In this document: positions 52,456 to 64,000 of the stretch, piece by piece
Numbering within the stretch: position 1 is the first letter of the stretch
How the letters are laid out: every line of letters begins with the position of its first letter
DNA from: Tubiluchus corallicola
Lineage: Eukaryota > Animalia > Priapulida
Direction: 5' to 3'
Assembly (NCBI GenBank): GCA_030141605.1
Contig: JAQGDQ010000003.1
Location: 434,001-498,000 of the forward strand
Length of the DNA: 64,000 nt
Notes under the pieces: generated by a model
Database searches by the model: none
Seen by the model: the letters and a program-made list of their open reading frames with translations, nothing else
Told to the model about the DNA's origin: nothing
Program-made: the position numbers and the translations under genes

Positions 52456-55400
52456 ATGTCACGACCTTCTAGATCTTCAATCAGCACTCATAGTGACATT
52501 GATGATATTGGAGTGTTGGACAACCTAGCTGCTGCCGATGCATTTGCTGAGAATACCACTAGTCAAGTGAATCAGGAGGATGTGCTGTCCATGCTTGTAT
52601 TACAACGAGAAATGTAAGAGATTCTTTTTTAGCTATAGCTATACAGTTCAGCGGAACGAGGAAATTAAGAGTGTGGTTGGGTTGTTCTTGGTGGCCGAAG
52701 TTAAAAGCACTGTCAAACCTGATTGGCAAATGGATTGATGACTTATATAACACAATTTGGAATTCTGCAAGTGGGAATTCAGCATTCGGATCCAGGTCTT
52801 ACACAAACAAGGTGGGGCAGTGCTCACCTGACTCATTTTCAAGGCTATTTTCAAGGCCACTCAAGAGTAGAGGTATCTTAGGTTGTTCAGGTCTATATAC
52901 ATTTATATATCCTGTCTCGACAAGGTAAACAGCCAGAATCGGTTCATTTTATTCATGGTCTTTTCTCTAAGACGATACAACTGTATAAGGCACAGATAGC
53001 TGCACTTTGCATACAGATATCTAGCTTTTAATGATAAGGCCTAACTTGAGATAGATTGCTTATCATCATTATCTAAGATAAATGGTAAACAGCAGTTGTT
53101 GGCATCTAATAATGACGGACCTAGTGATAATAGAAGATGTGAGTTTACATAGAGCTTGAAGTTATAAAGCGTTACCTAGTGATACAGAAATGTCAGTATG
53201 ACTGACAAAATAATGCTATCATGAACTGATTCACGAGTTTGTTTATGAACTTTATAAACTTTAGCAACATTACAACTTTACAGCAAGTTAGACTACAGTG
53301 AATCATTTTCTCACCTGACTGGTTTCTGATATACATTGCCCAAGGTTAACCAGTTTCAACTGATTTAAGCTTTTACAGTTTTAATCTAGTAGTTGCAACA
53401 TAGTGTACAGAAAAGACATTCAATAAAAAAGTGTTTGTGCTACTAAAGGAGTTTGGTTTATGTTGCTACATATATTGACAAAAGCCTTTTTTTACAAATC
53501 CTGCTTAGCAGTTTGTTTGAAACAAGATCATAATAATGACATAATACATGTAAAATGTAAAAACATAATTTAGATTTAATTGCGCACATACTTGCGTAAA
53601 TTAGAATTTACAGTTAATGTAAATTTAGCAACTCAAGATAGTACAGTGGCAATCATGAATGGCAATATTAGTAATCTTTGCCTTGATTGGTGCTTCTAGG
53701 TTTTCAATTTTTTTATGTTACAGGTTATCCAGGTTTGAGAAAACAAATGAGATGCTAGTCAACTGTAATGCCTTGGCAGCAGCTAGAATAGATTATGCTC
53801 ATCAAGAGTTTAAGAGACACACTCAGTTATTAATTGACATGAAAAAAGATCTGGACAATGTATTCAGGAGGATACGGTAAGTATGTAGAAAACTTGTCAC
53901 ATTTGTATATGATAGATTGCGTAAACCATAATTTAAATTTGGAATGACTCAAAGAATTTATGCACCAGTACCAAAACACATGTGGAAATTCAAGGATTAC
54001 TTTTCAGTTTTTTATTAATCACTTATAATAACTTGGTGCGGTGGAGTTTGTATTTCTGCATGATTGATCGTGTAGACCATTTTCAAGCAAAAATCCGATG
54101 AGACAACAATAAAAAATGCAGTAAGGTCATGTTTTGTCAAAACAGTAAGAGTGGTTGTTAGATGTTGAATGAGGATGTGGATGTACCCCCTCTGTTCGCT
54201 AAGTGCAAATTTTCAGTGCATACTCGGGCACTGGCAGGGCCTTCTCAGTGTGATGTTTGTAATGTGACCAGAACTTGACTCACAGGTGATATCTTTCTAG
54301 TATGAGTCGCTGAATCAGCAGTGGTACTCATCAACGTTTGTATGTATATACATTGTCCCTCTGCAAAGGCAAATAGCCACAATCAGTGTGGCTCGTCTTG
54401 GAATCCAAAAAACTAATGTTGAGTCCATGTAATGACAGACACGCAGGGCTACTCATCCATGAACTGCTACAGAATGTGTGAAAACACACATATACCTCTA
54501 AAGGTGGTAAGACAAAGGAATGCCAAATTATAAGACGAAAAACATCAGCCTTGTAAAAAATAGACTATTTAAACTTTCACACCTAACAGTTAGATGCAGC
54601 CATTTTAACAGTCAGTCTTTAAACGAGAAATTTATGCAAGTTTAAATAACAAAATTCGAAAAAACAATCAGCACATTCATAGCACACACTTCACTAAGCA
54701 GAAGCATAAATTACTTTATGTTATTATTCAGATTACTAATTTGTTTTTTTTTGGCGAGCTATTGACGTTTTTTGGTGTGCATTGAGATGGCGATATAATG
54801 ACGTTTAGCAGTTGGCACGAACATTTTAGATTATTAAAAAAATTCCAGTTACGTATATTTTTCAAGCAAGTAAACATAATATTAAGAAACATAACTTTGC
54901 ATGGGTAGTTTTTTAAAGCTCCATTTTCTTCCCCTTTACAAGACTAATGTGGCCCATTTTTTGCATTTTTTATTATTCATAACTGTGCAACTTTTACAGT
55001 GTAACAACACCTGCATTTTAAAATTCATACTAAATTAAATATAAAATAATTAAAATGTGTTTCCTTACAAAGTCATCACCTTCTCTATGTACATATTGTG
55101 TGCTAAACTGTTGGACTCATTTATCCTAACCGAGTACAAAACTAATAAATGAATGTAGATTATATGCTGTTATATTGCTAATAATAATAATAATGAATAC
55201 GTGCTTGATTTTGTTTTTTTTCAGAAAGTTAAAGGCAAATTTAGGAAAACGCTATCCAGATGCATTTGCAGGTATGCTAACTTGGCGTAACTTTTACTTA
55301 ATGCTGTATTTTTTACTTCAACACATTTTTCCTATTTCATAATTTTTTATTTGCTGAAATCAAGTCATGTATTAATGTGGTCATTTTGAAGTTTTCATAT

Positions 55401-55662
55401 GACATCCACATATGTATTTTCATACGTACATGCATTAGTTGCATTCCATCTTTATTTTCATTTAAATGTTTAGTGCTCTCGTATAGTTTCTTACTGTATT
55501 ACAGCCTGCAGCCCACTGAAATCACCTCCTGGTGCTGCTGAATCAACAATAGAAGAAGGCGGCCATGGTGTTCCAAAAAGCCAAACGGTTGTCCTAGCCG
55601 ATGTTCATACAGCACCAGTTCGAATTTCAGATACTTCCGAGCAAAAAACTGAGGAAACATGA
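52456..55662 (+). CDS. KXD1: KxDL motif-containing protein 1 (BORC/BLOC-1 associated)
   Basis: Exons 52456-52613, 53724-53876, 55225-55271 and 55505-55662, all GT-AG with consistent phases. Translation includes VNQEDVLSMLVLQREMLSRFEKTNEMLVNCNAL..FKRHTQLLIDMKKDLDNVFRRIRKLK..YPDAF, containing the KxDL motif. TGA at 55660-55662. Acceptor at 52422 upstream of the ATG. Confidence 0.93.
54150..54500 (+). mobile_element. SINE fragment with Deu/Nin-like core in a KXD1 intron
   Basis: TCTTTCTAGTATGAGTCGCTGAA at 54292; similar to the copy at 28243. Confidence 0.4.
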
Positions 55663-56084
55663 TTAACATGCACATGGAGATCTAGTTAACGCATAGCGTA
55701 CAGTCTAGTTCATCTGCATTGTGGCGTACATTTCGCCACTACAAGGTCGCGAGAAAATTCTCTTTATTTGACATTGTTGTACAGCATTCTAGTAGGTGGA
55801 TGATGCTTGGGTGGTTTTCACAAGTGAGTTTAGATGAAGCTGTATCTATGTGGTGAAGGTAGTGCTGCAGTATTTTAATTTTGCTTGACGATATAGCAGC
55901 AGCGCATTAATAAGAGTTACATTTTAGAATTGAACTAGCACAGTAGTGTTTTTGAAATCGTCACTTATCTAAACTGTTGCAATTTTTTGTGTTAGAAGTG
56001 ATACTTTGGACATGGTTAATTTGTGGTCCTGAAGAAATTTCAACACAATTTTGCAAACTAAAACTACTAATGCAATATATTATA

Positions 56085-57650
56085 TCAGGTGGCACAGAAT
56101 AACATGCCGAAGTTGAGACTGCAATAATATTAAAAGTACCGTATATACTCGCATATAAGCCTACATCGCATATAAGCCGACCCCCTAAAACTGCTTTAAA
56201 ATGGCCAGTTTTTGCAAAAACCCGTATATAAGCCGACCATCAACTTGTCTAATTTTACTCCATACCCAATCAACAAAATTGAACCCTTTTTGTCACATTT
56301 TGTTACGTTTTCTTTTTTCTCCAGGCATGGTGTATTGCACAAATAATTTTACAACTAAAATTATCAAAATTCAGCACAGTTTTAAATTCTGTGGCCGCGT
56401 GCTCACGTTTGCCTCATTGGTTTGCTGTTCCTCTATAAGCCACGTAACCCTCGTCTCCCCACGCGCTGCCTACCAATTGGCTGATGACGTCGGCTTCACC
56501 ACTAGCTGTAGCTTGGTTACGGCTCGTAACTGGTGACACACAGTGGTGTATTGCTAAATAAAAAGTAGGTGGACGGCTAGTCTCAAGACTTACCATTTTA
56601 CATTCACAAATTTGAAAGAAATTGACATTATTTAAAAATGTTTTTTGAAAAAATGAAAACAAGTAGATTTAATATTAAACCCGTATAAATTTTTAATATT
56701 TTTTATCTAATGAATACAAAAAGCAGACATTTATTGAAATGTGAATTTTTTCTAAAAAAACGTGGGTGGACGGCGATCCCCCTCCAATACACCACTGGTG
56801 ACACACAACCAAATAAAGAGTCAGATAGCGATGAAAATGTGTGGCTGGAAAATTGGCATTAGTGTCTGTCCTTGTGTTCATTTTGTTTCATGCGCATATA
56901 AGCCGAACTCTGATTTCAGTATTGTATTTTATAGTTCTAAATTCGGCTTATATGCGAGTATATACGGTAAGTGTCCTACAAGTTGAAATTTTACAGCATG
57001 ATATGATATTTCACAATACATTAACTTCTGGCTGTGGAACTCACAAGTTTATAGTTTTGGGTGTTTTTAAGTTACTTTTGCATGTTAAAAATTTAAGTGC
57101 CAGAACAACATCAGCTATAATTAATTTATCAACTGGAAAACCACTGTACGTTGACGTATAAAGCACACAACATATGGCAACGAAAGAAATCAACCAGTTT
57201 ACATCACGGTCTTCACCACAGAAAATAAAGCACTGATAAAAAAGATTTGTTGCCAAGAAAAGATGAGATTTAATCCTCTGGATTATGGTATCTGGAATTC
57301 CCTTAAAGAGAAAGTGTTCAATGGCCACACAGAGCCGTTTGATGCAGAGGAACCTTAGGCAAAAAGAGCCATTTGATGCAGAGGAACCTTAGGCAAAAAA
57401 TGTTGAGTACTGGGAACAAATACCGTTTAAAGAAGTGAGAAACTGTCAGGTGTTAGAAGAAATTCATTACTGTAGTTTGCTGTGGTGGACATATAGAGCA
57501 GTTGCTGAAAATTTTAGCAATAGCAACAAGTTTTTTCCTGCATATACTTTTTTGACTTGTTGATTTAAAACTTGGTAATTGGTAATTTTCAAGCAGTTTT
57601 CTTTTTATAATGTCGTGATCAACTTCAGCACATTTTTTTATGTGACCTGA
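56085..57650 (+). mobile_element. Non-autonomous Tc1/mariner element (outer), interrupted by a nested MITE
   Basis: TA-flanked imperfect TIRs TCAGGTGGCACAGAATAACATGCCGAAGTTGA / TCAACTTCAGCACATTTTTTTATGTGACCTGA. Transposase remnant [17 protein letters not shown]. Internal tandem duplication of about 35 bp near 57330-57400. Confidence 0.75.
56139..56967. mobile_element. pogo/Tc2-type MITE nested in the mariner element
   Basis: Perfect 23-bp TIR CCGTATATACTCGCATATAAGCC, TA target duplication, internal ATATAAGCCGA repeats. Confidence 0.9.
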
Positions 57651-58029
57651 TATATGTAGAGAACCTGTGAATTGTTTCAAGACTTTCAAGTGGTATACAT
57701 TCCAAAGAGTTTTAAATTCCAAATTTATTAAAACATATAATTCCTTTCTGTTATATAAATTATGTTTACTCTATTAAAACGCTAAAATTTTGGTATTGTT
57801 TTTCATCTTTTTCTTGAATACTCCATTACCATCCATCACTTCCATCCCAGACTAATAGTACTCCAGAATTTTTCTTTTCCTGTGTTAATAGACGAAATAA
57901 GCAAAAATCAGCTCACCTTAACTCACTGATCGTTTTTTAGATATTGAATTGTAATAAACCAGAATTAGTAAATTTAGAAGTTCATATCTAATTGATTGAT
58001 TAACTGACGAAGTAGAGTGCTGAAAAACT

Positions 58030-58092
58030 ATGAGTCAATCACGATTGAACTCAGAACCTTGCGTTAACAGGACACGCTACCATTTAGGCTCA
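58030..58092 (-). mobile_element. tRNA-derived SINE head
   Basis: The minus strand reads AGCCTAAATGGTAGCG...GAGTTCAATC (A/B-box-like) and does not fold as a full tRNA. Confidence 0.4.
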
Positions 58093-58543
58093 CATAACAG
58101 AGCACGTCTGAATAATCTGGTCTTCATGTACATTCATATTTTCACTGTCATATATTTTTAACAGCGGTCCACAGCTTTGATTAGCTATCGAACTCACTTG
58201 GAGACAATCTGTATAAATAAAATATTTTTCTAATGCATTCAGCATCAATGGACAATAGACCAACTGCATTTTATAGCATAGCAAAGTTAGTCTGAACCGA
58301 GGCTGCATGTACACTGAAAATTGCACACGCCATATTAGAAATTGGTTCTTAGTTGGATCTGCCCCAGCTCCTGGCAAGCAGTGTAAGGAGTGTGGAGTAT
58401 GCCTGCTCTTGAACTATTAAGTAAAACTCTACATAAAAATAATAGTAGACAAAGAATCATAAGGTTTAGTTGTTTAGGTTTGAACATAAACTATCGTCTT
58501 GATTCAGCAGGTTCCAGAACCAGCAGGGTCCTTTTTATTGCAA

Positions 58544-58545
<2 letters not shown>

Positions 58546-58601
<56 letters not shown>
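58546..58601. repeat. (TA)n microsatellite
   Basis: Direct reading. Confidence 0.98.
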
Positions 58602-58604
<3 letters not shown>

Positions 58605-59172
58605 TGAACTCGGCACTGTGTAACAATACTGCTTCAAGGTTGTAAGATTTGATTGCCGATTTTCTTAACTAATCAAGTGTTTAGTATGCTGCGAAGTGTA
58701 TAAATTGCTCATAATACTCGGTACATTTTTATTAAATACAAAATTAAAGCTAATTTTTATTCAAAACACTTTACACAATATCAGTTAAAAACGAATTTCT
58801 GATGCATAAAATTTACTTTTACACAGTGCAAGAAATGTGCAGAACAAAAAAATAATGAATGAAAACAGCACAAAATAATTACAGCCAACTATGTATGTTT
58901 TTATACAATTCATCAGAATCAATTGTATTGCGTGTACCATAATAACTTATAATGCAAGGGGTTTATTTCATAATTCACATACTACCTTTAAACTGTTTTG
59001 TTGATAATTAGGAGGTTGACCTCTTGCACAACAATAATAGTTAAAAATTCATCTGCAGTAGTTCACAAATCACTGAAAAAGGAAATCTTTTACTGCATGA
59101 ATACACATATTACTACCTGAACTGCAATGGTAAAGAAAGTAACTGAAACGACCAACTATGGCTGTAAGCAGA

Positions 59173-61955
59173 CTAATAGTAATCATCTCTTCCTGCGCCA
59201 CTCAAATGATTCTTCACACTGTCAAAAAAGAAATGAAAAGCATGACTAGAACTGTAATTCTGCAAGTAAACTTCCAATGACTAACAAATGCATTAAAACA
59301 AATATAAACAATACTTAACGATAATGATAGCCGCACCATGAACATGATACATAATAGGCCCTGGTGTTCAGGGCTGTATGCCAGTATGCAGAGGCCAAGC
59401 TGTACGAAACAAGTTAAATTGCGTATTGTATAAAAGCCTTTATCTGAATGTATTTATTGATTTAATTATCGCAAAACTAGTTAAGAATTAATGATTGTGT
59501 TGAATTAATTAGCACGATGCATCATAATAAATTTAATATGATAATGTATCAGATGGTGCAAAAAATGTGCCAAAGATTTAATTACGATATCATAAGAAGA
59601 AGATAAGGGAGTATCGTTTAAAAATTACAATAACGATGTTACATACGTCTATCTATAAATACAAAAAATTTTAGGTCATTTCCTTAAATTTGTCGAATGA
59701 CACAAAACTTAAATCAACGAGTCAAAAAACCAAATGCCAGAAAAAAGGTTGTGTCACTATTGTTAAAATGTACAGTAGGTGCTTTATGTGTCCACCATTA
59801 TCACTGCAAACTAAGCCAAGGCATTTCTTCCAACAGTTTCTCCCTTTTTAAGGGGTATTTGGTCCCAGCACTCAACAATTTTTGCTTTTAGTTCCTTTGT
59901 GTCAAACGCCACTGTGCAGCCTTTTGTGTACACTTTTTCTTTAAGGGAATTCCAGATACTGTAATCTAGTGAATTAAGTCCCATTTTTTCATTGCGACAA
60001 ATCTTTATTAGTGTTTTATTTTCTATGGTAAAGACCATGATGTAAACTGGTTGATTTCTTTACTGTTTTGCTGCTATGTAGCGAGTGCTTTATACGTCAA
60101 TGCGGCTAATGATTACAGCTAGCATTGCTCTGGTATTTAATATAAACAGTCAAAACTTAATGTATTGTAGCACCACACTGTTAAATTTTAACTTTGTAAG
60201 GCGCTTGATTCCATTATTATTGTATAGTCAAACCTCTTCATACCGACCATGTGGTATAAAGAGGTTTGAGTATACAATAATAATAGAATACTTTGGAACT
60301 GCAAAAAAGTTGGTGTTGTGCGAGTTTGGCATTATAACAAGCTACATTAATACACACGTCAATGCGAATATAAAAATTTTGTTTTGCCAAAAATTTGGGC
60401 GTTACATAGGGATTACACACGCACACACACATGAGGTCGGCATAATATGGGAGATGTTATAATGAGGTTTGACTATAATTGAAACTTTGGCACACTTTTT
60501 TGCCCCACCCGATATATTAACCTTTGTAACCTCTCCAAACTAGGCAATAACAAAAGCAAGTCTATTGGTATTCAGCACCAATTACTGCCATTATTTGATA
60601 ATGACAATATAGCACAAAAAGCCTCCTATTTCAATCTTGTTCACAAAAGGCAAACATTGCATTTAATATTTAAAATAACATGACACGTGAAGCTAGCTGG
60701 TATACTTCCGTAATTCAGAAGATTTAGTAATGCATCGTTAGGAAGATAGTGACTTATTGTTAGTATAAAAGCAAAAACAACAAAATCACTAGTCTTCCAA
60801 ACAAGACAATCACATTCCACTCCATGCTGGTGTTAGTACTCATATTTAAAGAAAGCATGTTAATAAGAATTGCAAGCAATGCAACTTCAAAACTGTTAGC
60901 TGGTTATTGTGCATTCCATAAAAACACGTCTTGCTGGAACAATAATATTCTCATACTTAAGTTAAAGTCCCAAAATGAAACTTGGAACTATCTTACACTT
61001 GGGATATTCAAAATCAGTGTCTTGCAATCCAGTTCTTCATTTTTTTCCAGGAATTACACTCCAATTCTTTTATGGTGTTTGAACAAAATTTGAAAAATAA
61101 AAGGAGTGGGTGGAATAGGTGGATTCACACCAAGATCAAGAAAACTGCAAAAAATGCTGGTTACCCCCAAAATCTAGAGAACTGGGCTATAAAACACTGT
61201 GGGCCTAGTAAATCAATAATTCTATGGCATTCCAGGCACAGTGCAAAAATATTTATACCTCATCTGCAGCAGGTATTGGGCATTCTGTATGGATTCTGGA
61301 GTGCCAGTAATTGTAATAATGCGATCATTTGATCCAGGTAAAGCTTCGGCAATCTCAATATTTGCCTGTGATTCATTTCGGATCTGTCGAATGCGCTGCC
61401 CACCCTTTCCTATGATTGCACCTGCATACTGTAACATACATTAAACACTTACATTACTTCAGCTAATGATTTACCACTTTTATTAAGATACAAATTTGTT
61501 GGTAATAATGGCATACTTCAGCACATACACATGTAGTTATGATATATTATGTTTGTTGTTCAAATCCAATTTCCTATTAGGCAGGGCAAGCAAAGAATAA
61601 TCCAGAGACTAAATTCAAACATTTCTTAAAAACAATTGATTGCTAGTGAAGGATTTTTAGAAACCCATTTTTCTAAGATCGTACTTAATGCATGCAATTG
61701 TCGCTCACTTAACCAAGCGTTCTTACTTCTTTTGGAATGGTAACTTGTGTTTTGGTTTCTCCCATAGATCCAGGATTGTCAAACATCTGCCCTTGAAAAC
61801 CTCCAATCTGGTTTGACTGCATACCCATGTCTCCCATTCCTCCCCTGTATCCGCCGCCGCCGCCACCACCACCACCACCACCACCCCCAAAACCTCTGCC
61901 TCGACCCATTGAGCGTCCTCCGCCAAATCCTCCTCCATTCATTCCTCCTTGTCTC
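59173..61955 (-). CDS. HNRNPK: Heterogeneous nuclear ribonucleoprotein K, last three coding exons (RGG/Gly-rich region + KH3)
   Basis: Exons 61727-61955 (Gly/RGG-rich, ..TQVTIPKE), 61259-61428 ([39 protein letters not shown]) and 59173-59218 ([15 protein letters not shown]). AATAAA on the minus strand at 58756-58761. Upstream exons lie beyond the window. Confidence 0.92.
59549..60512 (-). mobile_element. Non-autonomous Tc1/mariner element in the last hnRNP K intron, same family as 56085-57650
   Basis: TA-flanked TIRs TCAGATGGTGCAAAAAATGTGCCAAAG / CTTTGGCACACTTTTTTGCCCCACCCGA. Remnant [17 protein letters not shown]. 59880-60100 is the reverse-complement homolog of about 57150-57360. Confidence 0.85.
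60739..60799 (-). ncRNA. mir-7: pre-miR-7 hairpin (mature miR-7-5p 60776-60799)
   Basis: The minus strand reads UGGAAGACUAGUGAUUUUGUUGUU, the canonical miR-7-5p, followed by a loop and a complementary star arm AACAAUAAGUCACUAUCUUCCUA (60739-60761). It lies in the last hnRNP K intron, the known host arrangement in Drosophila (bancal) and vertebrates (miR-7-1). Confidence 0.97.
60997..61144 (-). other. Candidate cassette/poison exon in the last hnRNP K intron
   Basis: Acceptor ttttttgcag, donor gtaaga, 148 nt. In-frame TAA at 61054-61056. C-rich tract CCACCUAUUCCACCCACUCC. Confidence 0.4.
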
Positions 61956-62579
61956 CTAAAATAAATTAAAAATAGAAAAGTTTTTAGTAAATTGAGATTA
62001 TCAAGACTCGCTGGCCTCAGTACTGTCACCACTTGCTTAAATAAGCAGTCTTAGCGAAGTAATGAATCGGCCCATGTGTTATGTGCTGTCAAGGCACAAT
62101 ACATTATATAAGGGCTGAAAGTGCTCACATACCACAATAAAGACAACTTTGTTGGATTTTGATGTGAATGCAAATGTTTGCTTTACAGTTTGCGATGACA
62201 CAACTTAAGACTGGATAACAAAAAACGAAACTGGAAATTACACTGTATCAGAGTCGACTCCCACACGTATTTTTCTCTTTTACACTGTATTAGAAAATGT
62301 ATTACAAATTACAAGTATGTTTTAGTATTGTGTTTTTAATAATCTTGCTTGTACGTTTTCCATCTCATGAGTGACTGTGAGTCCATCTATTCCTACTGTA
62401 CTACTATCACAACATTTCGTAAATTTATTTCACATAGTGCTGTTGTTTTACTTATACTTTAAGCATGTACAATTTTGTTCCACTATTACACCACTAATTA
62501 ACCTACACCTGCTTTTTCATAAACACATTAATATTGAATCACAAGGTGCAACATTCAATCTCTATCAGAATCTCCCTGA

Positions 62580-63330
62580 TATGGACACCTTTGCAGATGA
62601 CTGCGAGTCATATTTATCCGTTTGTCCATTGATAACGTCTGATAGGGATGCTCTAAGGCTATGCAAAATTATGCTGAAGACTTTGGAAAGTGGATGTATG
62701 CATTTCAGTTAAAATTAAGTGATGCTACAATGGAATTTATCTTAATTGATTCAAATAGCAGCATTCAAAAATTAATAATAATTGCATAAATGTTAGTGGA
62801 ATTGACAATGCTCCAGTTGAATCAGCTTGCAATTTAGGGTTCATGTTTGATCTGAACAAGTTTATAGCTAATCACATTTCTAAAATGTGTCATACTGCTT
62901 ATTACCAACTTTATAGCATAAGACAAATACATAAATGTTTAAACCAATCTGCTACAAAAACGTTAGTTCATTCATTGATAACTACTAGAATCAACTACTG
63001 TAATAGCTTATTGCTAAATGTTCCTAACTATAAATTGCAACGACTGCAGTATTTACAAACTCAGCTTAAAACCTTTACATCCAAGTTTCAGTACATCACA
63101 CCCACTCATAAGGTGAAGCCCCTAATTACATCTGTGACACGATTTGTTCAACAAATTCAAACCAATATAGTCTAAGATCAAATGATAACCTTTTGTACAC
63201 GGTTCCTAGAATGCACTGTTCCACTGGGTAAATCATTTGCTGTAGCAAGAACAACTTTACGGAACAGTCTACCTATCCATATCATAACACTTTCAGACAC
63301 TAGCGCTCTTAAAAAACAGATTTAAACATG
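62580..63330 (+). mobile_element. L2 LINE RT/C-terminal fragment in an hnRNP K intron
   Basis: FADD, NLGFMFD and HISKMCHTAYYQL.SIRQI...L...ATKTLVHSLITTRINYCNSLL..P...LQRLQ, a typical L2 signature. Confidence 0.85.
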
Positions 63331-64000
63331 TTTATTTAAAGTAGTATACACAAATTTTAGTGATCATTAATTTGTCATCATGATATACAAGTATTTTATG
63401 AATCTGAATGTTTTTATGTATTAAGCTATTGCACATTTTCATAAAATTGGTAGGCTTATTATTTATTCTTGTGAGCTTCTTTTACCCTTGCCATATTGAT
63501 TTACTTTTTGTGAAGTGTCTTTAAATATGTAGCAGTTTGCCAGTCTGTACAGATTTAGAAGTTATATGAAATAAATATTTATTATCAATATTATTATCAC
63601 AAGTGTAAATGAACAAGGAATGCTACCATGTATTTTGATGGTTATAACCATCCATGTCACATTCTTGTCTGCTTTGCTGGAATGGCATTTCTGGTACGTG
63701 CACATGGAAAAGCAGGTGAGAGGAATTATCAAAGTCACGTTTTTCCACTCATATCTTGATACTGCTTAAATGGGCTTGTTAATCCTGATCTAGGTATCAA
63801 CAGCAATTTTCAGCCAAGTTGACATCTTGCAAAGGACAAAACTGATCAAATTAAGACGAGAATTAATGTTGCAGTCAAACGTAATCGAAATGTTTGTGTA
63901 GACAGCTCCTGGCAGCTTCAAAGCAAAATGTTATCACTTAATAAAATTGCATGGACTATTTTTGTAACCTCATTACTAGTAGGAATGAGTTAACTGTGAA

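Noticed and set aside
58004-58040. CTGACGA-stem-GAAA hammerhead-like core
   Set aside because: No UH cleavage site in register with a stem I; it lies in a SINE body.
61187-61196. Alternative hnRNP K acceptor at 61197 giving C-terminus SVL*
   Set aside because: The intron would be only 62 nt with a poor pyrimidine tract. The acceptor at 61145 and the distal exon at 59218 are stronger.

Overview
AT-rich, intron- and repeat-rich animal genomic DNA. An intact miR-7 implies a bilaterian, probably an invertebrate. Four protein genes can be reconstructed by hand from GT-AG boundaries and reading-frame phase. (1) A multi-exon P4-ATPase phospholipid flippase of the ATP8B class on the minus strand, from about 34.2 kb (5' UTR possibly further upstream) off the left edge. 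(2) An intronless-CDS DALRD3 gene (+, 48815-50563). (3) KXD1 (+, four coding exons, 52456-55662). (4) The 3' end of hnRNP K (-), whose last intron carries miR-7. The most notable observation is a pair of tandem paralogous 99-nt exons (27205-27303 and 25478-25576) that each encode the TM1-TM2 loop plus TM2 of the flippase, a probable mutually exclusive splicing switch at the lipid entry gate. Other leads are a possible shared 5' exon or nesting of DALRD3 with KXD1, and a C-rich candidate poison exon in the miR-7-hosting hnRNP K intron. The remainder is decayed LINEs, SINEs, MITEs, Tc1/mariner derivatives, a solo LTR and simple repeats. All calls were made by eye, with no database searches, and repeat boundaries are approximate.
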